This document shows, one piece after another, positions 17,873-31,310 of a DNA stretch of 55,219 nucleotides (positions within the stretch are counted from its first letter, which is position 1; every line of letters starts with the position of its first letter). Under the pieces are notes generated by a model that was not told the DNA's origin, did not search any database, and saw only the letters and a list, made by a program, of their open reading frames with translations. The DNA lies in NCBI GenBank assembly GCA_018398765.1, contig JAHBMJ010000199.1, forward strand, positions 1 through 55,219, given 5' to 3'. Origin of the DNA: Chromera velia (taxonomy: Eukaryota). The position numbers and the translations under genes are program-made.

Positions 17873-18139
17873 CGCTGCAACTTCAGGACCAGCAGAGCAG
17901 ACTATCCGCTTTTGTAGATGGGCCCTTGCATGCAACACGAGACGCTGCGTCTCCGTCTCTCGCAACGACAAAGCCACTAAAAGACTCTCTGATGCCGCAC
18001 AGAGAAAAGCCAGATCCCAAACTCCAGAGGAATTAAAAGCTTCCTTCGATCAGTTAGAGGCTTAGAGCCAACTCATCTAGCCAACAGCAGCTTGAACAGC
18101 TACCAACTTCATACAGTGCGGCCGGAGACAGGGACGTCG

Positions 18140-18365
18140 ATCATGCACTTTGCGATATCCGCGGCGTCGTCGCGGCGTCGCGATTCGGCCCGGCGATCGA
18201 TCCCCGGCCATGCATGCGCATTGCGCATGCAGGGCCGCGGCCGCGGCTGCATGGCGCGGCCGCTCGGCCCCGCGGCCTGCATGTCCGATGTAGGTGGCCG
18301 GGGCCGCCGCGCGCGGGGGGGGCGGGATCGATGCGCATTCGCAGGCCGGGGCCCGGCGCGCGATG
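18140..18365. promoter_or_regulatory. CpG-rich island, probable bidirectional promoter
   Basis: Very GC-rich block with TGCATG motifs, centred in the ~910-bp gap between divergent start codons at 17872(-) and 18782(+). Confidence 0.65.
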
Positions 18366-18781
18366 AACAAAAAAGAAAATCATGCATGCTCTGTCCAGCT
18401 GAATCATGCTGATCACATACTGATCACGAATCGATCGACAATCTTCGACACTCAGTTCATTATCGGACCAGATTGATCGACACAGCCACCGAAGAGAATT
18501 AAGGACATTTGCAGCGCACATGCTTAATAGTAAGCGATACACGAAGTCCGCTGAGCTTTGGTGTGTGGGCGCCTTGACCGGGGGTCTGCTCACAAAAGGG
18601 CCGCCTTCTCTTTCTCCATTTGTCTGAGGAGGGATTCTGCATTGGGAAGGTGTGTGAGAGACCTCCTTCTCAGCCTCCATTTGTTTGCGAGGTTTTGTAA
18701 GAGACGCTTTCCACTGATATCCTGGAAAGAGGATCGATCGATTCCCGAGACGGTGACCGTTCGCGTTCGATTCCTGTGACC

Positions 18782-21700
18782 ATGGATGCTGACCGTTCGC
18801 TTGTTGTACAGAAATATCCAGCGCCTTCGGACAGTGCTGGAAGAGGGCAGGGTTCATTGGAAGACCAGGCAACGTGTTTGGAAGTCACAAACGACGGACG
18901 TGTTGCAACCATTCGGTATCCGTCGGGGGTTATTGCAGTCAGGTCCGTTAATTGCGACTGTCAGACGAACCTTTCGAAACAACACGGAGAGAGACGGAGT
19001 GCGTGCTTGGGATCATCCAAGAGAGAAGAAATGCTTTCTCTTCAACGCCTTTTCCTCATCTGTATTGTGTCTTCCAGAACTCAGAAAGCTTCTCCGTAGG
19101 GCCCTTTCTCTTCGTTTTCTTCTCTCACGGCATCGGTCCCTGTTCGTTCTCTTGTCTGTTGACCTGTGTATGTACGTAATTGTGCATGTTGCGTCCTTGA
19201 GCTTCGCTCGCTGAGCACAGCTCTCGCCATACCTTCCCTTCCTCTGGCCCTGCGTTTCCCTCCCTCTCTCCCTGCGGTAGCGCATGTGACTCGAGGTTCG
19301 TTGGCGGACTCAAGTGCTGATCCGGTCGCGTAGAACACTCCATCGACACTTCGCCGAGTCTTTGGGGAAGAAATCTGCGTGGGAAGAAAGTTTTGTGCGT
19401 CTTCTCTGGCCGCTTCTTCTCTTCCTTCCCGTCTGTGTGCAGGTACGAGTTTGTGAACCTGCCCTACCAAGGAAACTGCTCTCGGCTGTATGCGGCCTAT
19501 GAGGATGGATCAGTGAGTCCGTAGATAGAGATCTGAATGAATATTCGACTGACTGAGTGAGCGAGTGTGTGACCGGTAGAGAGACCGATCGAGTGACTGA
19601 CTCCTTTCACGTTCAGAGATTAGCATATTGATTTGATGAACAAATCGACCGACCTACTGATCAGCTGCTTGTGGCCAATTTCAGACCGGACAGCGCAGAG
19701 AAGTGATGTGAAGTGAGCAAGTCGATCGATCCATGTTGAGTCTCCCCCATCAGATCTGATCTCTTATTTCTTCTATTTGTTTGCCTGGCCCTCATTCAAC
19801 TGGTTTGTTTCCACTTCTTGTTGCATTCTGAAGCTTTCTCTTTGGTTCCTTCCTTCCTTCTGCACTTCTGCTCTCATCTTTCTTCTCTCTCCGTGACTGT
19901 CCGAGTGCGAGAGCCAGGTGAGGTGAATGCCAGAGCCTTGTGTGAATCTGCATGCATCCATCCCTTCGTTGTTTCCGTGTTGCAGTATGTCGAGCTAGGG
20001 CGTCCCTTTTTTCTCTCCTGAGTCCTTTTTTGTCCTTTTCTCTGGGCCAATCAATTTTCTGGATTCTTTATCTCCGCGTGTGCTTGGTCCGTCCAACTGA
20101 ATGAAAGAAATACTGGATGGATGCCTCCCGCCACTTCGTTGTCTGCCTGCGTAACTATCGACCTTACCTAAATCTACCTACATTACAAAAAAAACATGAT
20201 TTGCAGCTGGCCGCGGACTGGTACGACAAGGGGTTCTGCATCGCCAAGCACGCAGGCGGCAAGGGGGACACGCTGCTGTCTCACCAACCGTCCGCAATGG
20301 GAAACCCCGCTATGGTGCGCTTTTTGCCTCCCTGCCGATTCTCTCTCTCTCTCTCTCCCTCCCCCCCCCCCCCCCNNNNNNNNNNNNNNNNNNNCCCCCC
20401 CCCCCCTCTGTGTGTGTGTGTGTGTGTGTGTGGCTGTCCGAAAGCGCACTGAGATTGATGAGAGAGAGAATTGACTGAACATGCCTGAGTGTACGGATCG
20501 ATCGACGGATCGAGAGAAAGGAATGAAGCGGAATTCGTTTTTCTCTTTTGATTTCTTCCGGATGAAAAGCTAGAATGAACATTGGTTGCCCTCCTGCCTG
20601 CCTGCCTGCTTGCTTGCTTGCTTGCTCTGTTCCTTCCGTTCAGGGAACGGGGGCTCTCTTCGACGGTGAGGGCAGGGAGGTGGATAGATGGGACTGCCCT
20701 GCCGAGAAGGCGAATGCAGCTTTCCGGGTCCTCACAAAAATGCAGCAGCAGCAACAACAACAGCAGCAGAACGGGGGTGGAGGGGAAGGAGACCCACCTA
20801 ACAGAAACCCTCCGTCTTCTTCTTCTTCTTCTTCTACTTCTCTTCTGTTGAGTGAGGAGGATGAAAAGGCGGTGACGGGTTGGCACCCTCGGACTGTCCA
20901 GTTGTCGTCCTTTCTTGCCTTCCGGCTCGAACCTCTTCGTGGCCTCTTCTTCTGCTTCGTCAGTTCTTTCTTTCTGTCTTTCTTTCTTTTTTTCTTTCTT
21001 CCTTCCTTTCTTTCTTTCTTTCTTTCTGTCTTTCTTTCTTTCTTTCTTTCTTTCTTTTCTTTCTTTCTTTCTTTCTTTCTTTCTGTCTTTCTTTCTGTCT
21101 TTCTATCTATCTGTCTTTCTTTCTTTCTTCCTTTCTCCCTGCCTTTGATTGATTGATGTGTGTTTGTGTCGTGTTTTGTTTGCCTTGGCTTCACGAGTCC
21201 TTCCGGCAAATTGAATGCGCATCTTCAGCTTCGGCCTTCAATCGTTGTCTGTATGCAATCTGTGGCTGCCGCTTTTGTATTAATAACGGGCGGGGGGGGG
21301 CAAGGAGGGTGGATGTTTGTTTCTCTTGTAACGGAAGGGTGGAAGGGAGGAAGAATATGAAACCGCCCCTAGTTTCCCCTCCCAGGCCTGGCACCAGACG
21401 GCGTCCTTGAGAGCTGGAAGGAAGGAAGGAAGGAAGGAAGACAGACTCATGAATCCGACCGAAGCAATGCATGCATCAATCAATCAAATCATTGCAGCAC
21501 CACGGGGACTTGAGGTACATGATCAACTTTGGTGCCCCCGCTCTGTTTTCTGTGATTGGGCGGATCTATTGTTCCCTCTGGCCCTTCCAAGACGATGTAG
21601 CGGCGCTGCAGCACGCACAGGACCAACAGAAGAGAGCGCTGATGTCCGCAGAGAGAGGAGACACGGGAGAGCCGCAAGAGGACCCCATAGCCGTCGTCCA

Positions 21701-24700
21701 TGAAGGTCAGTCAGGGGGGGGGTCTGCCTGTGGATTTCAGGTTAGTGCTTTTTGTCTGTCGGTCCCTTGGCTGACTTCTTCTTCTTCTTCCCATGATTCC
21801 TCCCTCCCCTACCCCAAAATTTGTTCATGTGGATGCTGAGAGTAGTGAGTGAAACGGCTGTGAAAGCACATCGTGCAAGGGTTTGGAGAAGCGAACAAAA
21901 CAAAGAAACAGAAAGGGAAGGACAAAAACAGAGAGAGAAGGAGACGGAGTGAGTCAACATTTCCATCTGGTTTCCCGATACCCTTTTTGGAGGGGATTCT
22001 GTCGAAGATTTGAAAGAGGGAGGCTTTCTGAATTGATTTTTCCGGCCTTCCTTGTATGGTTTGCTCCGCTTGTTCAGTTTTCTCTGTCCCCCCCGACCCC
22101 CGACCCCCCCCCCCCCCACACACACATACATAACCGAGGCATGTACATAGCCCCAGCTTGCCTGCTTCGCTTCCCTTCCCTTCCCCTCATGCAGGTCTGA
22201 CGAGCGGCTCCCGGGTCTTCGAGGAGGCCACAAGGAAGCAGTGCCTTGTACAGCAGCAGCAAGGTCTGTCTGTCTGTATGTATGTATGTGATTTCTGCGT
22301 TTCTTCTTTTTTCCTTCGCTCACCGTTGCGTGATTCTGCCTTCAGATGATTTCGTTTATCTTGCAGTCCTTCAGAATACTTCTGATAGGGGTGGATTTAT
22401 CTTCCTCTGCGGCTGCCTGCACGGGACCCATATGACGGGCCCTGATAGGGGTGGATTTATCTTCCTCTGCGGCTGCCTGCACGGGACCCATATGACGGGC
22501 CCTGATAGGGGTGGATTTATCTTCCTCTGCGGCTGCCTGCACGGGACCCATATGACGGGCCCTGATAGGGGTGGATTTATCTTCCTCTGCGGCTGCCTGC
22601 ACGGGACCCATATGACGGGCCCTGAAGAGAACAGAGATGACTTCGTTTCTCTCATTCACCCCAAATGACTTTCTTCAGCTTTCTCATTCTCTTTTCCGGG
22701 GTGCATTCAGCCTCGTCTACTCTCTTTCCTTTCTTTTCCTTTCCTTTCCTTTCCTTTCCACCTTACACCATTTGCCTCTCCACCCTTGCAGGGGCCGAAG
22801 CCGCCTTGGGTGCTTACTCAGATGCTCTTTCGTTACTTTCAGCCAGCCGAGGAGGCGGCGGGGTGGGGGGGGCATCGGATCCCCTGCATGGGGTGTGCGG
22901 GGGGGCGTCGACGAAGCTGGAGGCCCTCCCTGAAGGCAGCGACGAGGACGGGTGCAGGTCCTCCCGGATGGAGCGGAACTCCGCGGGGGGGGAGGCAGAG
23001 AGGTCTCCTGGTTTGATTTCCAATTCCGTCAATTCCATCTGCCTGAGCAACAGCAGGAGGCAGCAGCATGGGAGTTTCCCTTCGATTTCTCACCCTGGAG
23101 ATGGAGACGGAGACGTGGAGGAGGAGTCTTGCTACAAACCCCCTCCTGATGGTGCCGCTTCGTCGTCTTCGTGTAGGATAAAGGGTGCATGGGAAGAAGA
23201 CGGGAAGATTGGAAAGTGTGCAGCGGAAGGGGGTGGACAGAGGGGAGAAGACAAAATGGATACATTAGTCGAAAGTGGGACTGACGATGGGGGGGCTCTG
23301 CTGAGTCACCCTGTGTCAGCAAAGGGCGAGAGGGACAAAGACAAAGAGCGGACACCTTCTGTTCATGGAATGTGGCTCCAGTGAGTTGTGTTGCTGCTTT
23401 TTTCTATTGATTCTATTTTCTTGTTTTCCTTCAGTCTTTGCTCATGGCAGTGAGGGCAGGCAGGCAGGAATGTTTTCCTCTCTCTCTCTCTCTCTCTCTC
23501 TCGCTTGTTTCATCAGCGTCGCGACAGACGACACATGGGATGACGCGGTTTCCTCCTTCGGTACCCTTTTTTTTTTTTCGGCTGATTGATTGTTTTGAAA
23601 CCACTCAACCAAATTTGCTTTTTCGGTTTGTGAGAAGAAACATGGTACGGTCGCCGCGTTGTGCCCGGTGGCATGAATGGTCTTTGTTTTTTGCCGTTGT
23701 TTCTTTTTTTCTGTGTACACATGTATGTGTGCGTGCAGAAGAGAGACTCGCAAGGCTGCAGAGCGTCTGAACGGGCTGACGGACGTCTCGAAGAAAAGCC
23801 TAAGAGAGAGAGAGAGAGAAAGAGAAAGAGAGAGAAATTCAAGAGGAGGGGGAGGAACGGCGGGGGGCACAGGAGCGGCAGTCACTCAAGAAGGGGGGGG
23901 AGGGGGAGGGTCATCTACAGGTATGAGGTCAAAGACGGCGGGTGGGGTGGGTAAGAGGGCAAGTGCGTCCCAAGACAAGGAGACAACGCCAGGGGTGTCA
24001 CGAAAGTCGTCAGGGGCGATAGTCCACCGTCGTACCTCCAGGCCCGCCCCGCCGCCCCTCAAAGACCCAAAAGAAAGAGGATCCTCTGAGCCTTCCCAAG
24101 CTCCAGAAGAAACAAACGAAGGTGGGCCGCTGGAAAATCTTTCCAACAGCTTTTATTCCATACACTTTGTGCTTTTGGAAAGTTCTTGTCTTCAAATAGC
24201 ATTGATTGATTGTCATCTTCTCACCCGTCTCATCTTCTTTCAGTCAATCATCCGTCTTTCTCTTTCTGTCTCCTCTTTGACTTTTCGCGTGTCGGTAGGT
24301 TTTTGTCTCTTGGACTCATTCATCAGCTGCTTTCCGCATCTCCTTTTTTTTGACCTCCGCCTTTCATGTCTCTTTCCCCTTGTTTCGACCAACCAACCCC
24401 TCTGATATCACGTTGTGAACCTCCACACTGCGCGCTCTCTCCCTGTGCAGCTTCGCAGACAGCACACCGAGTGCAGGGCGACGACGAGAGGAGGCAGCTC
24501 CGATCCTCGTCACACGGGGGAGAGGGAGGAGAAGCTGAATCCCCCGAGCCTTCTCCTCCTGGACGAAGATCAAGAGACGCTGCTGTCACACTACACAGAT
24601 CAACGGCGCGCTCCCAGAACGGAAGCGCGAACGAGAACGACCGGAGGACGCGCTCTCGATCCCGGTCCTGTTCCAGAGGCTGTGGTGGAGACAAAACGAC

Positions 24701-27700
24701 GCCAGAGAGAGAAAATCAGAATCGAAATGTCCGCACTGGGGCAGCAGCACGAGGTGGATCATTCGCACCAAAAGTAAAACCCAAACTGAAACCTCAGGTC
24801 TCTGCCCCCACCCCGTCACCCTCGCAGTATCTTCGCAAGAAGAAGTCAGCCTCCGCTTCCATCGGGGGGCCAAGCGATGAGAGTGCCGGGACTGGGACTG
24901 GGCCCCAGCCGGTATCCCCTCCCAGGCTCTCCGCTTCCCGGGGGCAGTCCGGGCCCTCTACAAAGGCCTCCCGGGGGCATGCCGGGGTCCACGTGGATTC
25001 TGAGGAGAAATCTGAACCAACACAGACCCCCTCAAGGTCCCCCCACCCCTTCCTTCGCCGAAAATCCCCTCCCCCTTTTCTTGCAAATGCCCCCGGATGC
25101 CGCAAGCGTCCGAATTCCTCAAGTCCCCCTCCCTTCCGTGACGCTTCTCGAAACCTGAAAGATGAGGAAGAAAACAGGAAAGCAGGAGAGGATGTGGTAG
25201 AACCTTCCGGAGAGAAGGAGATGGAGAGGAAAGCTGAGAATGTTCCAGCCCCTTCCCAAAAGAGAGAAACTGACCCTACCCCCCGCCCCACTGCATCATT
25301 CGAACCTCCCCTAACAGATCTGCAGCACTCGCAGACGACGACCCACATGATGCACAAGGTCACAAGGACAAGAGCGGGCGCCCCGGTCTCTGGAGGAACC
25401 CATTCTCTCTCCCGCTGTCTCTCCAGAGAAAAAAAGGCAGCCCGCTCGGCAGAACTGCCTGACTCATCTCTACCCCCAGACGCCCCTGTGGCACCCTTAT
25501 CTGGGGGGGACCGTGTGCAATCACACAGAGAGAAAGAAAAGAAAAAGGAAAAGGACGGAGGGGCAGTCAAACCACGGTCCCTCATGTCGCTGCACGAGAA
25601 GAAGAGAAGCCCCCGAAAGTCGGTACCCCCCGTCGGTTCCTGGACCAACAACTCGGGTCTCAGTCAAAGCCAAAAAGCCCAGCAGCAGCAGCAGCAGTCG
25701 CACCTGCTCTCCTCCACCTGTGCCCCTTCCTCTGTTGCACACTCTCAATTGCACCAACAAAAAAACCTGACTGCCTCGACAAACGAGGTGATCCGAGAAA
25801 GCAATCCTGAGGGGGCGGGGCAGACTACGGCCCCAGAGCATCCCCTCGCTCCATCGCCTGAATGGGAAGATGGTACACCCGGTGGGGGGGATCTGCATCA
25901 TCATGTCGAGGAAGGGAGAGAGGACGTCCCTGACGGGGCCGTTGAGCAGAAGCCAACAGCAGAAGCAGCGGGTGTTCGCGAAGAGCTGTGCGTTCATATT
26001 CTCACGGACAGTGGGAATGGTGGCAAATCGATGTCCCCCCTTCTGTCGCACAGTGCTCTCAAATCATTCCAAGAGAAGGCGGCAGTGGCATTGGATGCGT
26101 CTGGAGCTGCTGCATTCACCCTTGGCCTTCCCGGCCCCCCCTCAGCAGACGAATTGAAGGAAGGGGCGAAAGCGCGAAAAGAAAAGCAGCAAGAGGCACC
26201 AGTGCGTGTAAAGGCCTCTAGAGGCCGAAGCACCACGTCGTCTGGTCTCTCTACAAAACCCGTTGGTAAGGGATCCAGCAAGGGTACGAGCACAGCAGCA
26301 GCAGCAGCATTTGTTGGCCCTCCGCGGGTGGCTGGTCTTTCCATTGCCGCCCTTTCAAACTCTCGGGAGGAAGCTCTCACAGGGCCACCATCGATTGCCA
26401 AGTCGGCCACCCGTGTCACGCGCACGCACCATGCAGGAGGGCCATCCCGCGTGACGCGCACCCTTACTGGCCCCCCGCGCACCCATTTGAAGTCCGCAGA
26501 GAGGGAGAGAAGTCGAGTGAAGAACACGACAGGAGGAGAGAAAGAGGAAGGTAAAGAAGGGGAAGAGAAGAACGTCAAACAAGACGTGACGGCACCCATT
26601 CGACAAGTAAAAACTCTCGTTGCCCCGTCAAGCGCCCATGCGGAGGAACACCCTCCACCTCCCGCGACCCAAGGAGACGGCAGTAAGCAGTCCGGCAAAG
26701 GGACGATGGGGGGAAGGGGTTTGTCTTCCGCTTTGCGACGGTCCCGTGACGATTATTCCCGTCCGTGGCGGGCTGCAAATGGAACGTCGCGGTCCGCTGG
26801 GGGGACTTCTGTAGGTGGTGCAGGTGGTGCGAGTGGTCCCGGAAATCGAAATTCCGCCCGGCCGAAGTCCGTTGATCGCCTGCCATCAGTAGCAGCGCGG
26901 AGACGTTTGTCCCGTGCGCGTCGCATGGCGGAGACGCTGGCCCCCGTCGGTCTCGGGAGAGGGGACAGCGACGCAGACCCCAATGAAGTCCCATCTCCTC
27001 CTTCCATGCAGTCTCCAAAGTATTCGCAGGAGCAGGGGGCAAAGTCCAAAGCGCCAGCAGCAAGTGATCAAAAGAGTCCAGCAGTCATGATCGCTGCAGG
27101 CCAAGGACCCATGCAGGCCCCGGCAAACGCGCACCCCTCTTTTGGAGTCACGTTCCCCTTTGTGCCCCCCCCACCGCATACCCAGGCATCACCCCCGTCT
27201 CAAGCCTTCGTTCCGCATCTCCATGCTGTCACTTCGCCTGTGGGGCCCATGGGGGGACTGCATGGGGGGATGCAACAGCAGCAGGCGTACACAGACCCCA
27301 CGGGGGGCGCTGCACACGCTTTCTCGGCATACCGCGCTCCCCCCTCGCACGAGCGTGTGCAGTCGAACGCACCTTCTGCCTACCGTCACGTCGATGCTCC
27401 GACTGCAACTGCCCCCCCACCCCCTCCCTCTGCTGGGGTCAATCCTTTGCTCCCCAACGTCCTTCCGTACATCCACGCATCGGGACTGCACCCCCACACA
27501 GTGTCTACTGCCGGGGCCCCTGGGCCTCTGCGAACGAATTTCAGTCCCCCCCCAAAAGGCCTGTCTTCAGCCTCGCCATCCGGGGTGATACCGTCAATGT
27601 CGTCACCCCTGAAGCCCACCCCAGCAGCAGCCCAGTCAGCTGTGCTGGTTCGCCCCCCCTTTGCAGTCGTCCGGCCAAGTGGCCAGGCGGCTGCTGCCAT

Positions 27701-29328
27701 TCCGCTCGTGCCTGCCCCTGTGCACGGGGACACCCTCCCGTCCTCCTCCCACAGTCACACAGCGCACTCACACTCACACCCGAACGCCTCCGTCGCCGTC
27801 CCCCTTTTGCGTCCCTCTCGGCCCCCCTCCGCCTCAGCAGCCCAGGCCTGCGATGAAGCTGCAAAGGCACCCCCCCAGGCGGAGGTGTCCAACGTTGATT
27901 CGATTTCAGCGAAGAAAATGGGGGTTGAGGTCAAAGAAGAAGCATCACAGGAGAAGGAGAAGGGGCCTCACAGAGGGGCCTCCCAGGTCTCGCCCTCGGC
28001 TCATCTGCCCCCCGACTCCTCTCTAGGGCGAGGGGGGGAGGGAAGCAAGCAGAACCCGACAAACAAAACTGAGACAGCCTCTGTTCAGAGGGCAGCCTTG
28101 CAAGGCCAAAGGGAAGTCGCGGTCGAGGGAATGCAGCCAAAGAGCGGGACGATCCTCCGACAGGTGCCAATGCACGCCCAGACCCAGCATCAAGCAGTCC
28201 GTCACGTCATTACAACAGGGGCGATATCTCAAGGCGCAACCGTTCAGCAGGGTTCAGGGGGGCATTGGGGGAAAGAGGGAATACAGAACAGGCCCAAAAG
28301 CGGCACCCGTCTCGGCCCGGCACTGCAGTCTCACCACCAAACTGGCGCTTTCACGCACTACCCCGTCCCCTATTCTGTCTACCCCCAGGCAGCCACATAC
28401 ACACACGCGCAGCAGCCCTCGGGCTCCAACCTCCAGTCTCCACATGCGAACGCCCACCGCCTTGCCTCCGTCCCATCCCGCCTGTCCATGCCAGCGCGCT
28501 TCGCAAGCACCCGATACTACAACGCAAATGCGGTTGCTGTTCAGCAGCAGCAGCGCAGCCAGCACCGCCATGCTGCGATGCCGTTTGCGCCAGCGGTGCG
28601 ACAGGGGGCGGCTGGGCCCGGGGCCGTGGGTGAGTACGCAGCCCAACAGCTTCCGACTGCGCCTGAAGAGAAGGAGGACCTGTCTTTGGAAGCTCCCAAA
28701 AGAAACAGAAGTGCTCCAGCCGCAGCTGCACTGATGATGCCCCCCCACCGTGCAGCGCCAGCCGCAGCTGCACCGCTTACACACCCGCAGCATCACGCGG
28801 GACTGGTACATTTGTGGGGGGGAGTTTCCGGAGGGACGTCAACAAGCCCGTATGCCTTCGGGATGGGGGGAGTCCGCGTCCCGGGTGGGGACGGGGGCGC
28901 TTTTCCCTCCCCGAATCGCCACGCGGGGGGGTTTGTGACGACGTACGGAAATCCGGTGTCGCCCGCCTCCTCGGCGTCTCACTCGTACTCTCACTCTCAC
29001 TCTCCTGTGTATCTTCTCAGGGCAGCAGCAGCAGCAGCACATCCTCACCCTCAGTCTGCAATGGGTGCAACGGCACACATGCCGATGAAAAGGGTTGCCG
29101 GTTCTCTCTTCTTTGGAAGCAGACAACGTCCGGCTCCGACTGGAGCTGCAGCGTCTATGGCTGAAGGTGTGCACCCATACAGCGGGGGGCAGGTTGAGGG
29201 GGCGAGGGTAATGGCATCGTCTTCATCTGGAGGGCGGTTGGGGGCGCGATTGGTAGAGGCTGAGGGGGAGGGCAGAAAGTTTGGGGCCCTCGTTCAGTGG
29301 GCGGCTGGACGGGAGAGCCGGACGGGGT

Positions 29329-29330
<2 letters not shown>
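18782..29330 (+). CDS. Large hypothetical protein (~2260 aa) with FAM194/ERICH6-like N-terminal region and long low-complexity C-terminus; exons 18782-18942, 19443-19512, 20207-20314, 20644-20958, 21498-21705, 22195-22263, 22792-23380, 23739-24121, 24451-29330
   Basis: GT-AG junctions are phase-consistent and the exons sum to 6783 nt; the terminal exon is a 4.9-kb open frame. The family call rests only on recalled motif resemblance (IRYPSGVIAV; GTGALFDGEGREVDRW; VQLSSFLAFRL..FFCF..INFG) and is less certain than the gene model. Confidence 0.75.
22382..22625. repeat. Perfect 60-bp tandem repeat (4 copies) inside an intron
   Basis: Unit CTGATAGGGGTGGATTTATCTTCCTCTGCGGCTGCCTGCACGGGACCCATATGACGGGCC repeats identically on consecutive 60-nt lines. 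Confidence 0.97.
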
Positions 29331-29365
<35 letters not shown>

Positions 29366-31271
29366 ATAGGCAGAAGGTCTCTGTTCGTTGGTTGCGAAAG
29401 AGGCAGAAGAAGGAAGAGAGAAAAAGGAGGGAGGAAATGAAGTGTTTCTTTCTGTCCTTTTTTTTGCCCGCCCTTTCTTTTTTGGTTTGTTTCTCTTCGT
29501 CTGTCTGTGCATGAATTCGTCTCGTTCCCTTTCTGTCTGTGTGTGTTTGCGCCTAGCTTCTCTGTCCGCCTCCTCATCTGCATCCATCCATCCATCTGGC
29601 GGAGAAAAATCGAGGAAAGGAAGGACGATGGCTGTGCTGCTGAGCGAGGCGACCGGTCACCTTCTTCTTCTTCTCTTTTCTTCTGTTCGCTTCTCTTTCT
29701 TGGTCGTTCTTTCTGGAAGGAGGTGGGGAGATCATTCGAGTCTGTGAGGACGTTTAGACGTCCGTGTTGTGTAATGTCTGTCTGTCTGTCTGTCTCAGAA
29801 TTCCTGTCTCTGTGCGTCCGATAGACAAACGGAGGGCAAAAAAAAAAGGAAGGAAAGGGACATGATCCTGCGAATGGAGAGAGAAGGGAAGCAAGAGAGA
29901 GAGACAGAGAGGTCCTCAGCAGCTGTCTCGTTGTGCTTGGTCTCATGTGACAGCGATAGCCGCAGGGACGGCGACAGGAGTCGGGCGAGAGTTGTTTGTT
30001 GCCTGCCTTTTTGGTTCCTTCCTTCCTTCTTTGTCTCTGGCTGGGATTACTCCCTCCCTCCCTCCGTCTGTTTCTTTCATGCATCCTCTTTTGCTCTGGT
30101 CCGTTTGTCGAGGGAAAGACGGAGGGGGGGGAGCGTGGTTGATGGCACACACACTCCCTGCATGGTTGGTCGGTCGGCAGCTCTCTCCTTCATCTTATTC
30201 ACGCTTTCCTCCTGCCTCCTCCATTCATCTGTCTGTGCTGTTTGTCTTCCCTCCTTGTTTTGTATATTCTCGTTGGATTGACTGATGGATCGAAGCGAAG
30301 AAGAGAAGAGAAGCGCTTGTCGACAGAATCCATTCATTCAAGGCTTTCATTTTTGCGTGCATGCTTGTTTTGTTTTGTTGTGTGTTGTGGCGTCGTGTTC
30401 TTTCCATGCATTCTTGTATGCCCAACCAAGAGAGAGCCAAGACAGCCTTGCTGTCAATAGGAGGGAGGGACAGGTGGGGCTGGGACGAGTCCGTGCAGAG
30501 TGGGTGGGTGCACGTGTATCCTTCCTTGCTCTTGTTCAGCAACTGCATGGATGCATGAAATCAATCAAGTGTTTAATTGTCTGCATGCATGTAGGTTGCA
30601 TGGTTGGACTAGTAAAAGCTGCGTCCCTTCCTTCCTCTCTCTCTCTCTCTCTCTAGCTCTTTCTTCCGTCTCGTGTCTTCCTCCTTTCCTTCCTTTTTCG
30701 TTTGTTGTAGCCCCTCTTTGATTCATTCATTCTTTCGTTTCTTCATTCCTGTCGTCCGCGAAGAAAGGGGGGAGGGAACAAAGTGGATGGAAAGAATCCG
30801 ACTGACTGAAGGAGAGGAAAAGGAAAGTTTGGGATTCTCCCCCCCCTTTCATCTCCGCTCCTTGTCGAAATCACTCGCCCCTCTTCGCTTTCTTTCCGTC
30901 CATCCACTGGCAGTCCCTCTCTTGCCCCGTTTTTCCTACAAATCGTCACTCATCTCGTTGCTCTTCATTCCATCGATGAGTCTTACAGAGTACCCCCCCA
31001 TGCTAGCCGCACGCTCCCTGGACTCACGTGAGATGCGCGAGATGGAAGAAAACGAAGAAGAAAAAGGAAGGAAAGATGGAATCACTCACGCCGCCCCGGT
31101 CTAGCGGTGTGAAGGATTGTGTTGCATGCGTTGCGAGGAAGCTGCGCATCCATTGGGTGAACTGAACAGAGGTGGCATTCGCGTCTTTCTTTGTCCTTAT
31201 TGCTCACTGTTTGCGTGAAATGGATGGACGGGCATCCCTTTTTTTCTTTCTCTCCTCGCTTTCTGTCATGC

Positions 31272-31310
<39 letters not shown>

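Noticed and set aside
22382..22625. 60-bp array as a CRISPR array or coding repeat
   Set aside because: Units are contiguous with no unique spacers, there are no cas genes, and the array lies inside a phase-consistent intron; its ORFs follow simply from the 60-nt period.
23517..23560. Possible extra cassette exon in the large gene
   Set aside because: It is AG/GT-bounded, but inclusion shifts the next exon into a stop at 23768-23770, while skipping keeps the frame. It cannot be supported without RNA data.
24794..29174. Many antisense and alternative-frame ORFs over the large exon
   Set aside because: Expected shadow ORFs in GC-rich coding DNA; no motifs recognised.
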